A stretch of DNA of 28,646 bases. Origin: a virus. Its lineage: Duplodnaviria; Caudoviricetes. The stretch spans positions 1 through 28,646 of IMG/VR virus record IMGVR_UViG_3300033076_000189; one strand, given 5' to 3'. Positions 6,679 through 15,204 of the stretch are shown in pieces. Each line of letters starts with the position of its first letter. Position 1 is the stretch's first letter. The notes under the pieces were generated by a model. That model was not told where the DNA came from. It made no database searches and worked only from the letters and a program-made list of their open reading frames with translations. A program made the position numbers and the translations under genes.

Positions 6679-8589
6679 TTACCTAAAAAATGATACACAA
6701 GCGTATAGCATATTTGCTGCCGACATATTATCGGTTCTAACCGTTTGAATGGCGCAAGTTGTAGTATTTGGCGTAATGATGCCAATGCTTCCTGCTACGG
6801 AGCCGCCCCAATAAGCGGTTCCAACCATAGCGTAATTTGCATCAGAAAGCGCACTTGTAAAGTTAACGGTGTAGTTGCCTGCTGAGTTGTATGTAACAGA
6901 GCTGACGTTATACGATGCGCGAACAACCGCCGATCCGCTTGTTGAGTTGAAGTTGACCCACGCTTTTGATATTTGTTGAGTTGAGGCGGAAGTGGTCCAT
7001 GCCGTACCCGTTGATACAGCAATCCCAGAGCCGGGATAAACAGTTGGACCCGGGCTACCGGCAGGTCCGGTGGGGCCTGTTGGTCCGGGGCTTCCTGTTG
7101 GGCCTGTTGGGCCGGTAGGTCCGGGACTTCCGGTGGGTCCGGGGCTTCCCGCTGCACCAGCAGGTCCGGCGGGGCCTGTTGGCCCGGTAGGTCCCGATAC
7201 GCCAGCAGCCCAAGTGCCGTCACCACGCCAGAATGTAGATGCTGAGGCGCTAGTACCACTGTTCAGATTAGTGACAGGCAAATTACCGGTGACATCTGTG
7301 GCTAAATTAATCGGAAGTTGAATTACGCTACCGGCTGTGTAAGCAATAAACTCAACAATGTCACCTGCGGTTGCGCCGGTAGCCAAAACAACCGAAGTGC
7401 CATTACTAGCCGTGTAATCGCTTGCATTTAACAGCACGCCGTTGAGATAGACCTCTACATAACCAACGGTGTATGTAACGCTGAATGTTGTTTGCGAAGC
7501 GGTAGCCGTAAAAGATGTGCGCGTATACGATGCCGCAGACCCACCACCAGACCCATTAGATGCCGCAGTAATCCGACCTTGAGCGTCAACGGTAATGTTT
7601 GCGGTTGTATATGAACCAGCGGTTACGGTAGTATTATCCAAACCAACAGTAATTGAACCTGCGCCGTTTGTAACACTTACGCCTGTGCCAGCAGTTATGT
7701 TTGCATTTTTCCAAACGCCAGTAACCGCATCGTAAATTAATGTGTTGCCTGATGCCGCGCTTGTAATAAGCACATTTTGCAACTCATCTAATTCGTAACC
7801 ATTGTCAACTTTGATATATAAAGAACCAACGGTTGAACTTACTCGTTCAACCCAACCAAGAACGACCGCATGATTTGGCGCGGCTGGTCGGGTTGTTGTG
7901 TATGCGCCAGCAGTTGATGGTGACAAATAAACTGCAACACCAGCTGTAAGCGCGGATGTATTTAATTTAGGCAAAGTGCCAGAAACTTGAACCCATCCCT
8001 CTGCGCCACTTGCTATTGATTCAGCAACAAGTCCAATAGTCCCCGCAGACGTTGATTCCGCATCAGCTTTGGCTAAACGAACATCAACGCGATTTCCTTG
8101 TGCGCCAACAATATAGACCACTTGCCCTTTGGTCATTGCAGAGCCGCCACCGTTATATGCTCTTACAAATTCTTGTTGCCCGTATTTATAAGATACATTG
8201 CCGCCTTTTAGGCCAACCTCAAGCGTTCCGTTGCCGCTATCCCACGCCTCTAAACCTTCAACAATTGTGGGCGGAGTGTTAGTGGTGTCATATTGCTCAG
8301 ACAAAATTCCGGCAAGATTGCCGCTGTCATCTTGCGTAATCGTGCCGTTTTGAATTAGTTTGCCAGTTGTGCCGTCAAATCTGACTAGGGCGTTGTCGGT
8401 TGAAGATGATGGTCCAACCACATCGCCAGAACCAGCACCAAGAGCAACAATGCTTGCAGTGCCGTTGTCTTTTTTAATGTAAGCAATACCGTCATAGGTA
8501 TTGATTGCAATTTCGCCAAGGTCAAGGTCGGAAGTTGTTGGAACTTTGCTTGGAACCGCCGAACGCTTGACTTGAATTTTATTAGCCAT
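6679..8589 (-). CDS. Long multidomain tail fibre protein with collagen segment
   Basis: N-terminal KIQVKRS...L.LGEIAIN anchor-like domain; AGSYT...[13 protein letters not shown] fibre repeat; VYLNGVLL beta domain; 17 Gly-X-Y triplets; C-terminal KAWVNFN domain. Confidence 0.88.
   Translation of the reverse strand: MANKIQVKRSAVPSKVPTTSDLDLGEIAINTYDGIAYIKKDNGTASIVALGAGSGDVVGPSSSTDNALVRFDGTTGKLIQNGTITQDDSGNLAGILSEQYDTTNTPPTIVEGLEAWDSGNGTLEVGLKGGNVSYKYGQQEFVRAYNGGGSAMTKGQVVYIVGAQGNRVDVRLAKADAESTSAGTIGLVAESIASGAEGWVQVSGTLPKLNTSALTAGVAVYLSPSTAGAYTTTRPAAPNHAVVLGWVERVSSTVGSLYIKVDNGYELDELQNVLITSAASGNTLIYDAVTGVWKNANITAGTGVSVTNGAGSITVGLDNTTVTAGSYTTANITVDAQGRITAASNGSGGGSAASYTRTSFTATASQTTFSVTYTVGYVEVYLNGVLLNASDYTASNGTSVVLATGATAGDIVEFIAYTAGSVIQLPINLATDVTGNLPVTNLNSGTSASASTFWRGDGTWAAGVSGPTGPTGPAGPAGAAGSPGPTGSPGPTGPTGPTGSPGPTGPTGPAGSPGPTVYPGSGIAVSTGTAWTTSASTQQISKAWVNFNSTSGSAVVRASYNVSSVTYNSAGNYTVNFTSALSDANYAMVGTAYWGGSVAGSIGIITPNTTTCAIQTVRTDNMSAANMLYACVSFFR
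7042..7194 (-). repeat. Collagen (Gly-X-Y)17 coding repeat
   Basis: 153 nt = GPTx2 GPAx2 [12 protein letters not shown] GPTx3 GSP GPTx2 GPA GSP GPT. Confidence 0.95.
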
Positions 8590-8626
8590 GTGGCCGCCCT
8601 TCTTCGCTATTTAGCAGGGTTGATGT

Positions 8627-9733
8627 TTAGAATGTGCCGCCATCTACGTTAATGTCGTATGACGCAAGAGCAGTCAATTGACCTTGAGCGTTAACAGTTG
8701 CAACCAATGTCTGTGTGCCACCAGTAGAGCCATACGAACCCGCTGTTACGGCGGTGTTTGTGATGCTAAATTGGTTCCCAGTCAAAGTCAAGCCAGTTCC
8801 AGCAGAATAAGCGCCAGCACTAGAAAATTGCACCCATGTAACGGGGGTTGTGCCTAGTGTGCCGCCAGCATCTACTGTACAAACCCAACCGGTATCTGCT
8901 TCTGTTGCGCCTGTTTGAACAAATGTAAATGCCGAAATCAATTCAGCCCAAGTATTTGCATCAGAAGAGCGAGACCATCCTGTGCTGGATGCAACATAAA
9001 TGCCGTTGTCTTCTTGTTGTGTTTGGTTTTTAACCAATACACGGTCGCCAGAGGTAAGGCTTGAACTCCAATCGCCACCAGCCTGAGTGCTCAAACCTGA
9101 CAATGTAATATTGCCAGTTGTGGTTGCAAAGCAAGATTGCTTAACATTTAAGCCCTGAGCAACAGAGTCAACATAATTTTTGGTTGCGCCATCTTGCGGG
9201 TTAACGGGGTCTGCAAGACTTGTTAGATTTTGGCTGCCAAAGCTAAATGCGCTAACCGGAGCAGACAAATCACTTAGGCTTGCTTGCGAACCGGCTGTTG
9301 CCAAACCTTTTGCGTTAATGGTTACTTTTGTATATGAACCAATATTGCTGTTAACTGTATCAAGCGTAATCGCAATGTTTGCGTTAGCGGAACCGTCAAA
9401 AGATGCGGAACCAGAAGCATCGCCAGAAATTTCAATGTTTCGAGCCGTTGCCAGTTGCGTAGCTGTACCAGCGTTACCAGTAACAGAACCCGAGATTGGG
9501 CTGCTAAATGTTTTTGTTCCGGCAACGGTTTGATCGTTCGTTAGATCAACAAAAGCACCGTTACCAGCAATCGGAATAATAGATGTAGCAGAGCCGCCGG
9601 AGCCGCCTGTGCCTGTGCCGTAATAAAGTATATTTGTTTGTTCGTTAAAAGCAAGTTCAGCGTTAGCCAATGTGCTTGGCGCACCGGGTCCGCCACCGTT
9701 TGCTCGACGCTTAATGCGAATAGTGTTTGACAT
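8627..9733 (-). CDS. Tail fibre-related structural protein
   Basis: N-terminal TIRIKRR...LANAELAFN; fibre repeats (GSYTKVTINAKG, ATKNYVD); GDRVLVKNQ....NGIY domain; ends DGGTF. Confidence 0.82.
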   Translation of the reverse strand: MSNTIRIKRRANGGGPGAPSTLANAELAFNEQTNILYYGTGTGGSGGSATSIIPIAGNGAFVDLTNDQTVAGTKTFSSPISGSVTGNAGTATQLATARNIEISGDASGSASFDGSANANIAITLDTVNSNIGSYTKVTINAKGLATAGSQASLSDLSAPVSAFSFGSQNLTSLADPVNPQDGATKNYVDSVAQGLNVKQSCFATTTGNITLSGLSTQAGGDWSSSLTSGDRVLVKNQTQQEDNGIYVASSTGWSRSSDANTWAELISAFTFVQTGATEADTGWVCTVDAGGTLGTTPVTWVQFSSAGAYSAGTGLTLTGNQFSITNTAVTAGSYGSTGGTQTLVATVNAQGQLTALASYDINVDGGTF

Positions 9734-9744
9734 TTCAAATCTCC

Positions 9745-10038
9745 TTAAAAGTTTCCGCCATCAGAAATTTCGGTTTGCGGTATGTTTGTCCATTCAGAAT
9801 TCAAAAACATTAATGCGTCATAATTTTGAACGCCAACAATGTTTACAGGGTATCCTCCAATGCTGCTGTTTCCGCTTGCACCTTGCACACCTCGATTGAT
9901 TTGCACAACCTGATTTGCTACCGGCGTAACTTCAACGCGAACATTGGTGGGAGGCGTAACATTCAACTGAATGTTATTCGCATCTTGTACTGTGACTGTT
10001 GTATTGCTAGGAACGGCCTGAACACTTAGCGTCGCCAT
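9745..10038 (-). CDS. Small structural protein of the fibre cluster
   Basis: V/T/N-rich beta-type sequence, single GVQGASG collagen-like remnant, ends DGGNF. Confidence 0.72.
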   Translation of the reverse strand: MATLSVQAVPSNTTVTVQDANNIQLNVTPPTNVRVEVTPVANQVVQINRGVQGASGNSSIGGYPVNIVGVQNYDALMFLNSEWTNIPQTEISDGGNF

Positions 10039-10047
10039 GTGGCCCCC

Positions 10048-10536
10048 TTAAACTTTTACAATACCGTCAGAGCGAACGATAAACAAAAGAAAAATGATGT
10101 TATCTTCTGGCGGAGTGTTTGAAACTTGAGGAAAGCTGATTTTGATTCGACCAGAAAATCCTGCGCCATTTTGAGAGTTGATTGCCATTTCGGCATCACT
10201 GTCAACCAGACTCCAAGAGCTGTCATCAATTACAAGAGTGAATGAGCCAGCGGCGTTATCACGATTTGTAATGGTCAAAGGAATGGGGGTTGGCGTAGGC
10301 GTATAGTTGCCAATGTCAAAGGATAGTCCGTAGCGCGTATCTTGAACATTTGAAAGTGTGCGACGAACAATTTGAGCGTCAATTGTTGCGCCAGTTAAAT
10401 CTACAACTTGTGTGCCGTTTTCTGCTGTAAGCGTAAGATTCCAGTAGGTTTGCTGTTCATAAACCAGCTCTCCAGTAATGCAAGGATTGTTAAATCCGCT
10501 TACTTGCGTGATTGAATTCTTGTTAAAAACTGCCAT
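10048..10536 (-). CDS. Putative virion beta-sandwich adaptor heading the fibre cluster
   Basis: DLTGATIDAQIVRR motif of a kind common in phage fibre-anchoring/baseplate proteins; AGGGA RBS. Confidence 0.7.
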   Translation of the reverse strand: MAVFNKNSITQVSGFNNPCITGELVYEQQTYWNLTLTAENGTQVVDLTGATIDAQIVRRTLSNVQDTRYGLSFDIGNYTPTPTPIPLTITNRDNAAGSFTLVIDDSSWSLVDSDAEMAINSQNGAGFSGRIKISFPQVSNTPPEDNIIFLLFIVRSDGIVKV

Positions 10537-10544
10537 ACAAGTTC

Positions 10545-10584
10545 CCTGTACTCAGGTTGTGACGCTCCCCATGTACTCACGAGG
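10545..10584 (-). promoter_or_regulatory. Tandem UG-AGUA-CA hairpins in the leader, the second overlapping the RBS
   Basis: mRNA CCUCGUG-AGUA-CAUGGGG (10584-10567) and CCUG-AGUA-CAGG (10556-10545), ending 8 nt before ATG 10536. Confidence 0.55.
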
Positions 10585-10626
10585 CTACGGGTAATGTCTT
10601 GTATTGTGACTGAATTCTACACAAAA

Positions 10627-11094
10627 TCAAAAAGGAGCAACAGGCCAAATTACATTGAAAGGATAGCCAGCTTGGCTGGTAATGTCTCGAAGTTGTTGGC
10701 GGTATTGCGCCCATTCTTGCCGCTTTTCGTCTGTCAACGGATTGTTGGGAATCTGAGTCCAATCAGAATCATACAAATAAGCTCTTCTTTGCGACATAAC
10801 GGAGGATGCCGCATCGCTGTATTTTTGCTGGCTATCTCTCGGGTCTTGCCAAGAAAATGTGTCATTGTTCCAAACAAAAAATATGTCGGGCTTGTTTACT
10901 TTTGTTTGCAGTTGCTCTTGTGTATATAAAATAACATTTCCGTTATCAACATACGCCTGCTCGGATGTGTAAGTCCCTTCGACAACGCCTTGACCATTAG
11001 AAGGCTGTAAATCAAAGTCAAAGTCAGCACATTGCCCCGTTCTGACAATTTCTTTTGTTGCTATTTCGTAAACTGTAAAATTTTTATATTCCAT
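10627..11094 (-). CDS. Phage tail assembly chaperone protein
   Basis: C-terminal SDWTQIPN.PL....QEWAQYRQQLRDITSQ.GYP..V.WP signature; follows the central fibre gene. Confidence 0.85.
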   Translation of the reverse strand: MEYKNFTVYEIATKEIVRTGQCADFDFDLQPSNGQGVVEGTYTSEQAYVDNGNVILYTQEQLQTKVNKPDIFFVWNNDTFSWQDPRDSQQKYSDAASSVMSQRRAYLYDSDWTQIPNNPLTDEKRQEWAQYRQQLRDITSQAGYPFNVIWPVAPF

Positions 11095-11098
11095 AGTT

Positions 11099-14000
11099 TT
11101 ACACCGTTGCTTGATATTGAGAGGTAAAGCCTTGAATGTAATGCGTACTTGTACTTGTTGCGTAAGCCGCAGTGCCAGAAGAATTGTAATAAAGCGGGTA
11201 TTGAGTATTCCCCATTAGCAGCTTATATGAGTCGGCTGGTAATGTTTTGACAATAAACAAATTAAAAGGAAATATGTTGGTGTAAAAGCTGCCAGTAGGA
11301 ACCACTGGCACTCTATATCCTACATAAAATTGCTGTATGAATGTGTTGCTTGCGGTATACAAATAAAAATATAAGTCGTACGCAATTTGATTTGGAGTTA
11401 ACGATATTGCACTAGACGCAACACTCAAAACAACAGAGCCGGTAAATCCAATCAAATTGGCGTTATTTTTAGTAGATGTAAATGTAAGAATGGTTGGCGG
11501 AGTTGAGCCAATATTGATTGCCGTGCTCGTGGTTGATGAGGTTGATTGTTGAACAAAACCATTAATATTTGCGTTTGTTCCATCAAAAACAATGTTGGCC
11601 GTGGAGTTGCCTAAAGCAAATCGACCGTCACTATACAAGTGAGTTCCTGAGCCGGTCATTGTCGAGCCGCTAATTGTTGGAGAGCTACCAACAATAATTT
11701 CGCCAGAAGTCAAAATTCCCATATCTGCCGTGATGGCAGAAAGTTGAGCAACCTTCAAATAGCTGATGTATGGAGTTGTCCAAGTTGTTGTGTTTGATGA
11801 TGGGTCATAAATGCCATCAGACTGATACAACGAGCTTGTACTGGATGGGTTTGGGTCTGATGCACCCCATGTAGCAGAAAATCCCCATGTAGAAAGCGAT
11901 TGAGCAGACGATGGGTATGAACTTCCGCCGCTGGTTGCAATAGAGCCGCTAACGGGCGTTGGATTGCCTGCAACACGCGCAAAAGCCTGACGAGCAGAGC
12001 TACCGTTTGTGCCGTTTTGACTAATTGCGGCAATGGATGCTCCTGTTGTCCAGTTGATTGTGGTTGTAGCGGCTGCTGTTGGATTTGTAATGCTCTTTGT
12101 TGCGGACCACAGTTTAATGTTTGAGGTTCCGGGATTGGCTGGAATAGTTACATCCCAACCGTCAGAGGCCGTATAGGCGCTGTTTGTGGCTGTTGCCCAT
12201 GTGTATGTTGAGTTACCAGTTGGGTTTGCAGGAGTTGATGCGGCCCATTGATAAAGTGAAACTAATGCAATCTGAGTTGCCGTTCCATCAGGGGACCAAG
12301 AGAATGATGAACTTAACGGGCTTATTGGAGATTGGCTAATGTCATTGCCAACAACGAAACCAAAATAGTAAGTTCCAACCGGCAAAACATTGTTTAGAAA
12401 ATCAAAGTTGGTTGCGTTGGTAAAAGGCTGAGAAGATGGGTTTTGAATCGCGGAAAGCGCAGTCCAGTCTGATGCCGATGGACTTGAAGATGTGGTGTAG
12501 AAAAGGTTGATGAATGTGACTCGTCCTGTTGTTGGAATGGTTACGCGCACATCGAATGATGGAATGTTTGCTGTTGGTCGGCTTGCTGTAACGCTTGGGG
12601 ACGACAGGGATGAGAAATACGATGGAGCAGCAAGACCGCTATTTGGGGCAGGCGTGTATTCAGAAATGCTCTTGTCGTCATAGACCTGAGAGTTGTACTC
12701 AGACAACTCAAGACGAGCGCCCAAAGAACCATCAGGCATCGAGGCTTCATTGACACGCATGACTCGGAATGGCTTGTCTGTCCACCCATAGTCGGCGTTT
12801 GTCAAAGCAATGACTTGACCTGCATCAACTTGAATGCCGTAATAGGTTGTACTGAAACTAACAATTAAGTCTTCTCTGGCCTGCTCCAACACTCGATTTG
12901 CAATGTATTGCGCTTGAATGCTGTTGTTGGTCATGTCAATAGACATGGTGTACTTATTTACAGGCTCGTTTGGATACAACAGGCCGGATGGGGTCTGCAT
13001 ATTCACATAGGCGGCTTGGTCCCTGTTATCAGCAAAAGGGAACTTGGCCTCAATCTGATTGATTGAGCTTGTGATGTCTGTTGCGCTTACACGAATCTCG
13101 CCAATGATGTTTGTGTCATCAAAGTAATAGCTAATCGACTCCGCCTTGTTGATGACAATTGACCATTGGCCGGACGCTGCGTTATAAGCCATCCAGCTAT
13201 CACAAGCCGTCAGCAATTTGTCTATGTTGCTCAGAACCGTGTCGCCTGTATTCAAGACACCATTTAGACGATAGCGAGGCTGACTGCCGCCGCTGAAAGT
13301 AATTGTTTGATCGGAATATGTGTTTAAGGCCGTGACAGTGGCTGTGTCGATATAAGCGGGGTCAACGGCTCCGCCATAGACAGTGTTGGTCATATAGTCA
13401 TACCAAGCATCGCCGGGACGAGCCACAGTTTGACCATTGAGGTAATGGCTAACATGAAAAGTCACGGGTTGCATTTGGGTCGTGCTTGCCTCTCGGCTAT
13501 AACCCAATTTCACAATTGCAAAAGCCAAACCATTCATTTGGCGACCAGTAGAAGGCCATCGATATGTGGAGGCAATATCTGACCCCCCCATAACTGTGCT
13601 AGGCATACTTGAGGTGTTGATTGGAGTGATGGCTCCCGATGCGTCAGAAGTGTATAGATAGATTTGCAGAAGGTCGCCAGAAGCAACTGCGGTGTCTACA
13701 TTGCCAGCCTCGTCCGTCAAACTTGCAACGGCAGCGGTATTGCCTGTTGATTTGAATGTAATGAGTCGATCACCAAAATACATCTTGGTAGTATCAAAAT
13801 CAAACTCTCCGTTATCGCTAATGCTGCTAATAGCCAAAACATAGTACATCGTCTTTTGGTCATTAGTCAAAACGGCGTCCACAAAAGTTCCGCCAAGATA
13901 TGCGTCACCGTAAACAACAGGAATTGTGTTTTCTGAGCTTGGAGGCACTTGTTGACGACTGCCTGAGTCCTGCTGATTAAATGCACCGGGCTGCTCACCA

Positions 14001-14107
14001 AAAGTGCGCGTAACCACCTGAGACACGGCGTAGTTCACGGCAAAGGCCGTGGCGTAATAACTAATACCAGTTAAACCAAGTTCCGTTGCAATTAGAGTAC
14101 CCGGCAT
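11099..14107 (-). CDS. Tail tip / central fibre protein (lambda gpJ-like host-specificity protein)
   Basis: 1002 aa; IPVVYG motif, RYRLNGVL, FnIII-like segment, LSAITADMG, S/T-rich and AT-rich C-terminus; position after the tail-tip genes. Confidence 0.85.
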   Translation of the reverse strand: MPGTLIATELGLTGISYYATAFAVNYAVSQVVTRTFGEQPGAFNQQDSGSRQQVPPSSENTIPVVYGDAYLGGTFVDAVLTNDQKTMYYVLAISSISDNGEFDFDTTKMYFGDRLITFKSTGNTAAVASLTDEAGNVDTAVASGDLLQIYLYTSDASGAITPINTSSMPSTVMGGSDIASTYRWPSTGRQMNGLAFAIVKLGYSREASTTQMQPVTFHVSHYLNGQTVARPGDAWYDYMTNTVYGGAVDPAYIDTATVTALNTYSDQTITFSGGSQPRYRLNGVLNTGDTVLSNIDKLLTACDSWMAYNAASGQWSIVINKAESISYYFDDTNIIGEIRVSATDITSSINQIEAKFPFADNRDQAAYVNMQTPSGLLYPNEPVNKYTMSIDMTNNSIQAQYIANRVLEQAREDLIVSFSTTYYGIQVDAGQVIALTNADYGWTDKPFRVMRVNEASMPDGSLGARLELSEYNSQVYDDKSISEYTPAPNSGLAAPSYFSSLSSPSVTASRPTANIPSFDVRVTIPTTGRVTFINLFYTTSSSPSASDWTALSAIQNPSSQPFTNATNFDFLNNVLPVGTYYFGFVVGNDISQSPISPLSSSFSWSPDGTATQIALVSLYQWAASTPANPTGNSTYTWATATNSAYTASDGWDVTIPANPGTSNIKLWSATKSITNPTAAATTTINWTTGASIAAISQNGTNGSSARQAFARVAGNPTPVSGSIATSGGSSYPSSAQSLSTWGFSATWGASDPNPSSTSSLYQSDGIYDPSSNTTTWTTPYISYLKVAQLSAITADMGILTSGEIIVGSSPTISGSTMTGSGTHLYSDGRFALGNSTANIVFDGTNANINGFVQQSTSSTTSTAINIGSTPPTILTFTSTKNNANLIGFTGSVVLSVASSAISLTPNQIAYDLYFYLYTASNTFIQQFYVGYRVPVVPTGSFYTNIFPFNLFIVKTLPADSYKLLMGNTQYPLYYNSSGTAAYATSTSTHYIQGFTSQYQATV

Positions 14108-14110
14108 ATC

Positions 14111-14557
14111 TCAATCCCTATAAAAAGTCACATCTAGAGGTTTGAAGCCTCTTTTTGTATAGTCAATCAATGGACTATTTGCCATCACGGTTGTGCAAAT
14201 ATAGTCCACCTTCTTCTCTTTTAGCATTGTCTGAGCTTTGGTTTCAAATGTCTTCCAAAGCCTTCCGCCAATGCTCCCATTCCTGTGTTCTGGTTTTACC
14301 CACCAAGCCAACTCTCTTAACTCAATCACTCCCGGACACCATACATTCCTAATGATGATTGCCGCCAGCATACCTCTCATTTGGTCATCAACCAAGATGA
14401 ATCCTCGGCCAACAATCAAAGAAAAAAGAAGGTGGCTGACATGGCCTGCATCGTGATTTTCGTCAAGCTGCAAAGCCTCCATCGGAGCCTCTTTTGCGTA
14501 GAGCCTCATCATTTCGACGAGCGCCGGAATATCTTGTCTTGTTGCTTCTCTTATCAT
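14111..14557 (-). CDS. GNAT-family acetyltransferase
   Basis: MIREATRQD start, WWVKPEHRNGSIGGRL (acetyl-CoA motif A), YTKRGF (motif B). Confidence 0.85.
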   Translation of the reverse strand: MIREATRQDIPALVEMMRLYAKEAPMEALQLDENHDAGHVSHLLFSLIVGRGFILVDDQMRGMLAAIIIRNVWCPGVIELRELAWWVKPEHRNGSIGGRLWKTFETKAQTMLKEKKVDYICTTVMANSPLIDYTKRGFKPLDVTFYRD

Positions 14558-15204
14558 TATGAACCGGATGGCAGATTGTTGGAATCAGAAACCTCTGTCG
14601 ATGATTGTGTCTGACGTTTTGGCGGTGCGCCAAAGTCAAAATATGTGTTTGAAATTTCAGCCACACGACTCATGGATGCGTCACCAGAGTAAAGAAATTG
14701 CCAATTATTTTTGTTCGTTCTGACTCCCGCCAAACGATTTTCAAGAATTCTACGCATTGAGCTACATGAGATGCTGCAAGTAGCAATACGAGTTCTGGTT
14801 TCGGTATTCCAATCCTCAGTAATACTGACGTTGTTTATGATGCCCTGATAGCGTTTGAAAAATTGCTGCGTTGGGCTTGTGATGATTTGGTTGTTGGAAT
14901 CCAAAAATCCACGCCAAACCTCGACAATTGAACCCTTGATGTCATTGGAAAGAATGAGTGATATGTTGGATGGGTCGATACCAACAAGCTGAATTGTCAT
15001 GTCATCGGATGTTGCTTTTATGTCTCGCTGGACATCGCCAACAGTCAATAATGAGCCAAGATTTGTAAACGAGATTCCATTAACCGTGATTGCGCTTGCT
15101 GCGTTACAAAATGTGTAAACGGTAGGAGATGTGTCGCCAACCGTGAGGCGAACAAACTCTGCGTGACGGATTGAGTCGCTGCTTAATGCAGCCATTGTGG
15201 TCAT
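14557..15204 (-). CDS. Minor tail (tail-tip hub, gpL/DUF2163-like) protein
   Basis: Synteny after the distal-tail gene; F..LGSLL.VG, VEVWRGF and WQFLYSGD motifs. Confidence 0.65.
   Translation of the reverse strand: MTTMAALSSDSIRHAEFVRLTVGDTSPTVYTFCNAASAITVNGISFTNLGSLLTVGDVQRDIKATSDDMTIQLVGIDPSNISLILSNDIKGSIVEVWRGFLDSNNQIITSPTQQFFKRYQGIINNVSITEDWNTETRTRIATCSISCSSMRRILENRLAGVRTNKNNWQFLYSGDASMSRVAEISNTYFDFGAPPKRQTQSSTEVSDSNNLPSGS

Noticed and set aside
8590-8626. Small hairpin (GCU-AAAU-AGC within CCCU/AGGG) before the long fibre gene
   Set aside because: Short and weak, with no U-tract and no match to the AGUA-loop hairpins; not distinguishable from chance.
5581-9733. Diversity-generating retroelement (Mtd-like N-termini, duplicated segment)
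   Set aside because: No reverse transcriptase in the window. The duplicate differs at synonymous sites of all bases rather than at adenines, and is not at the C-terminal variable region.
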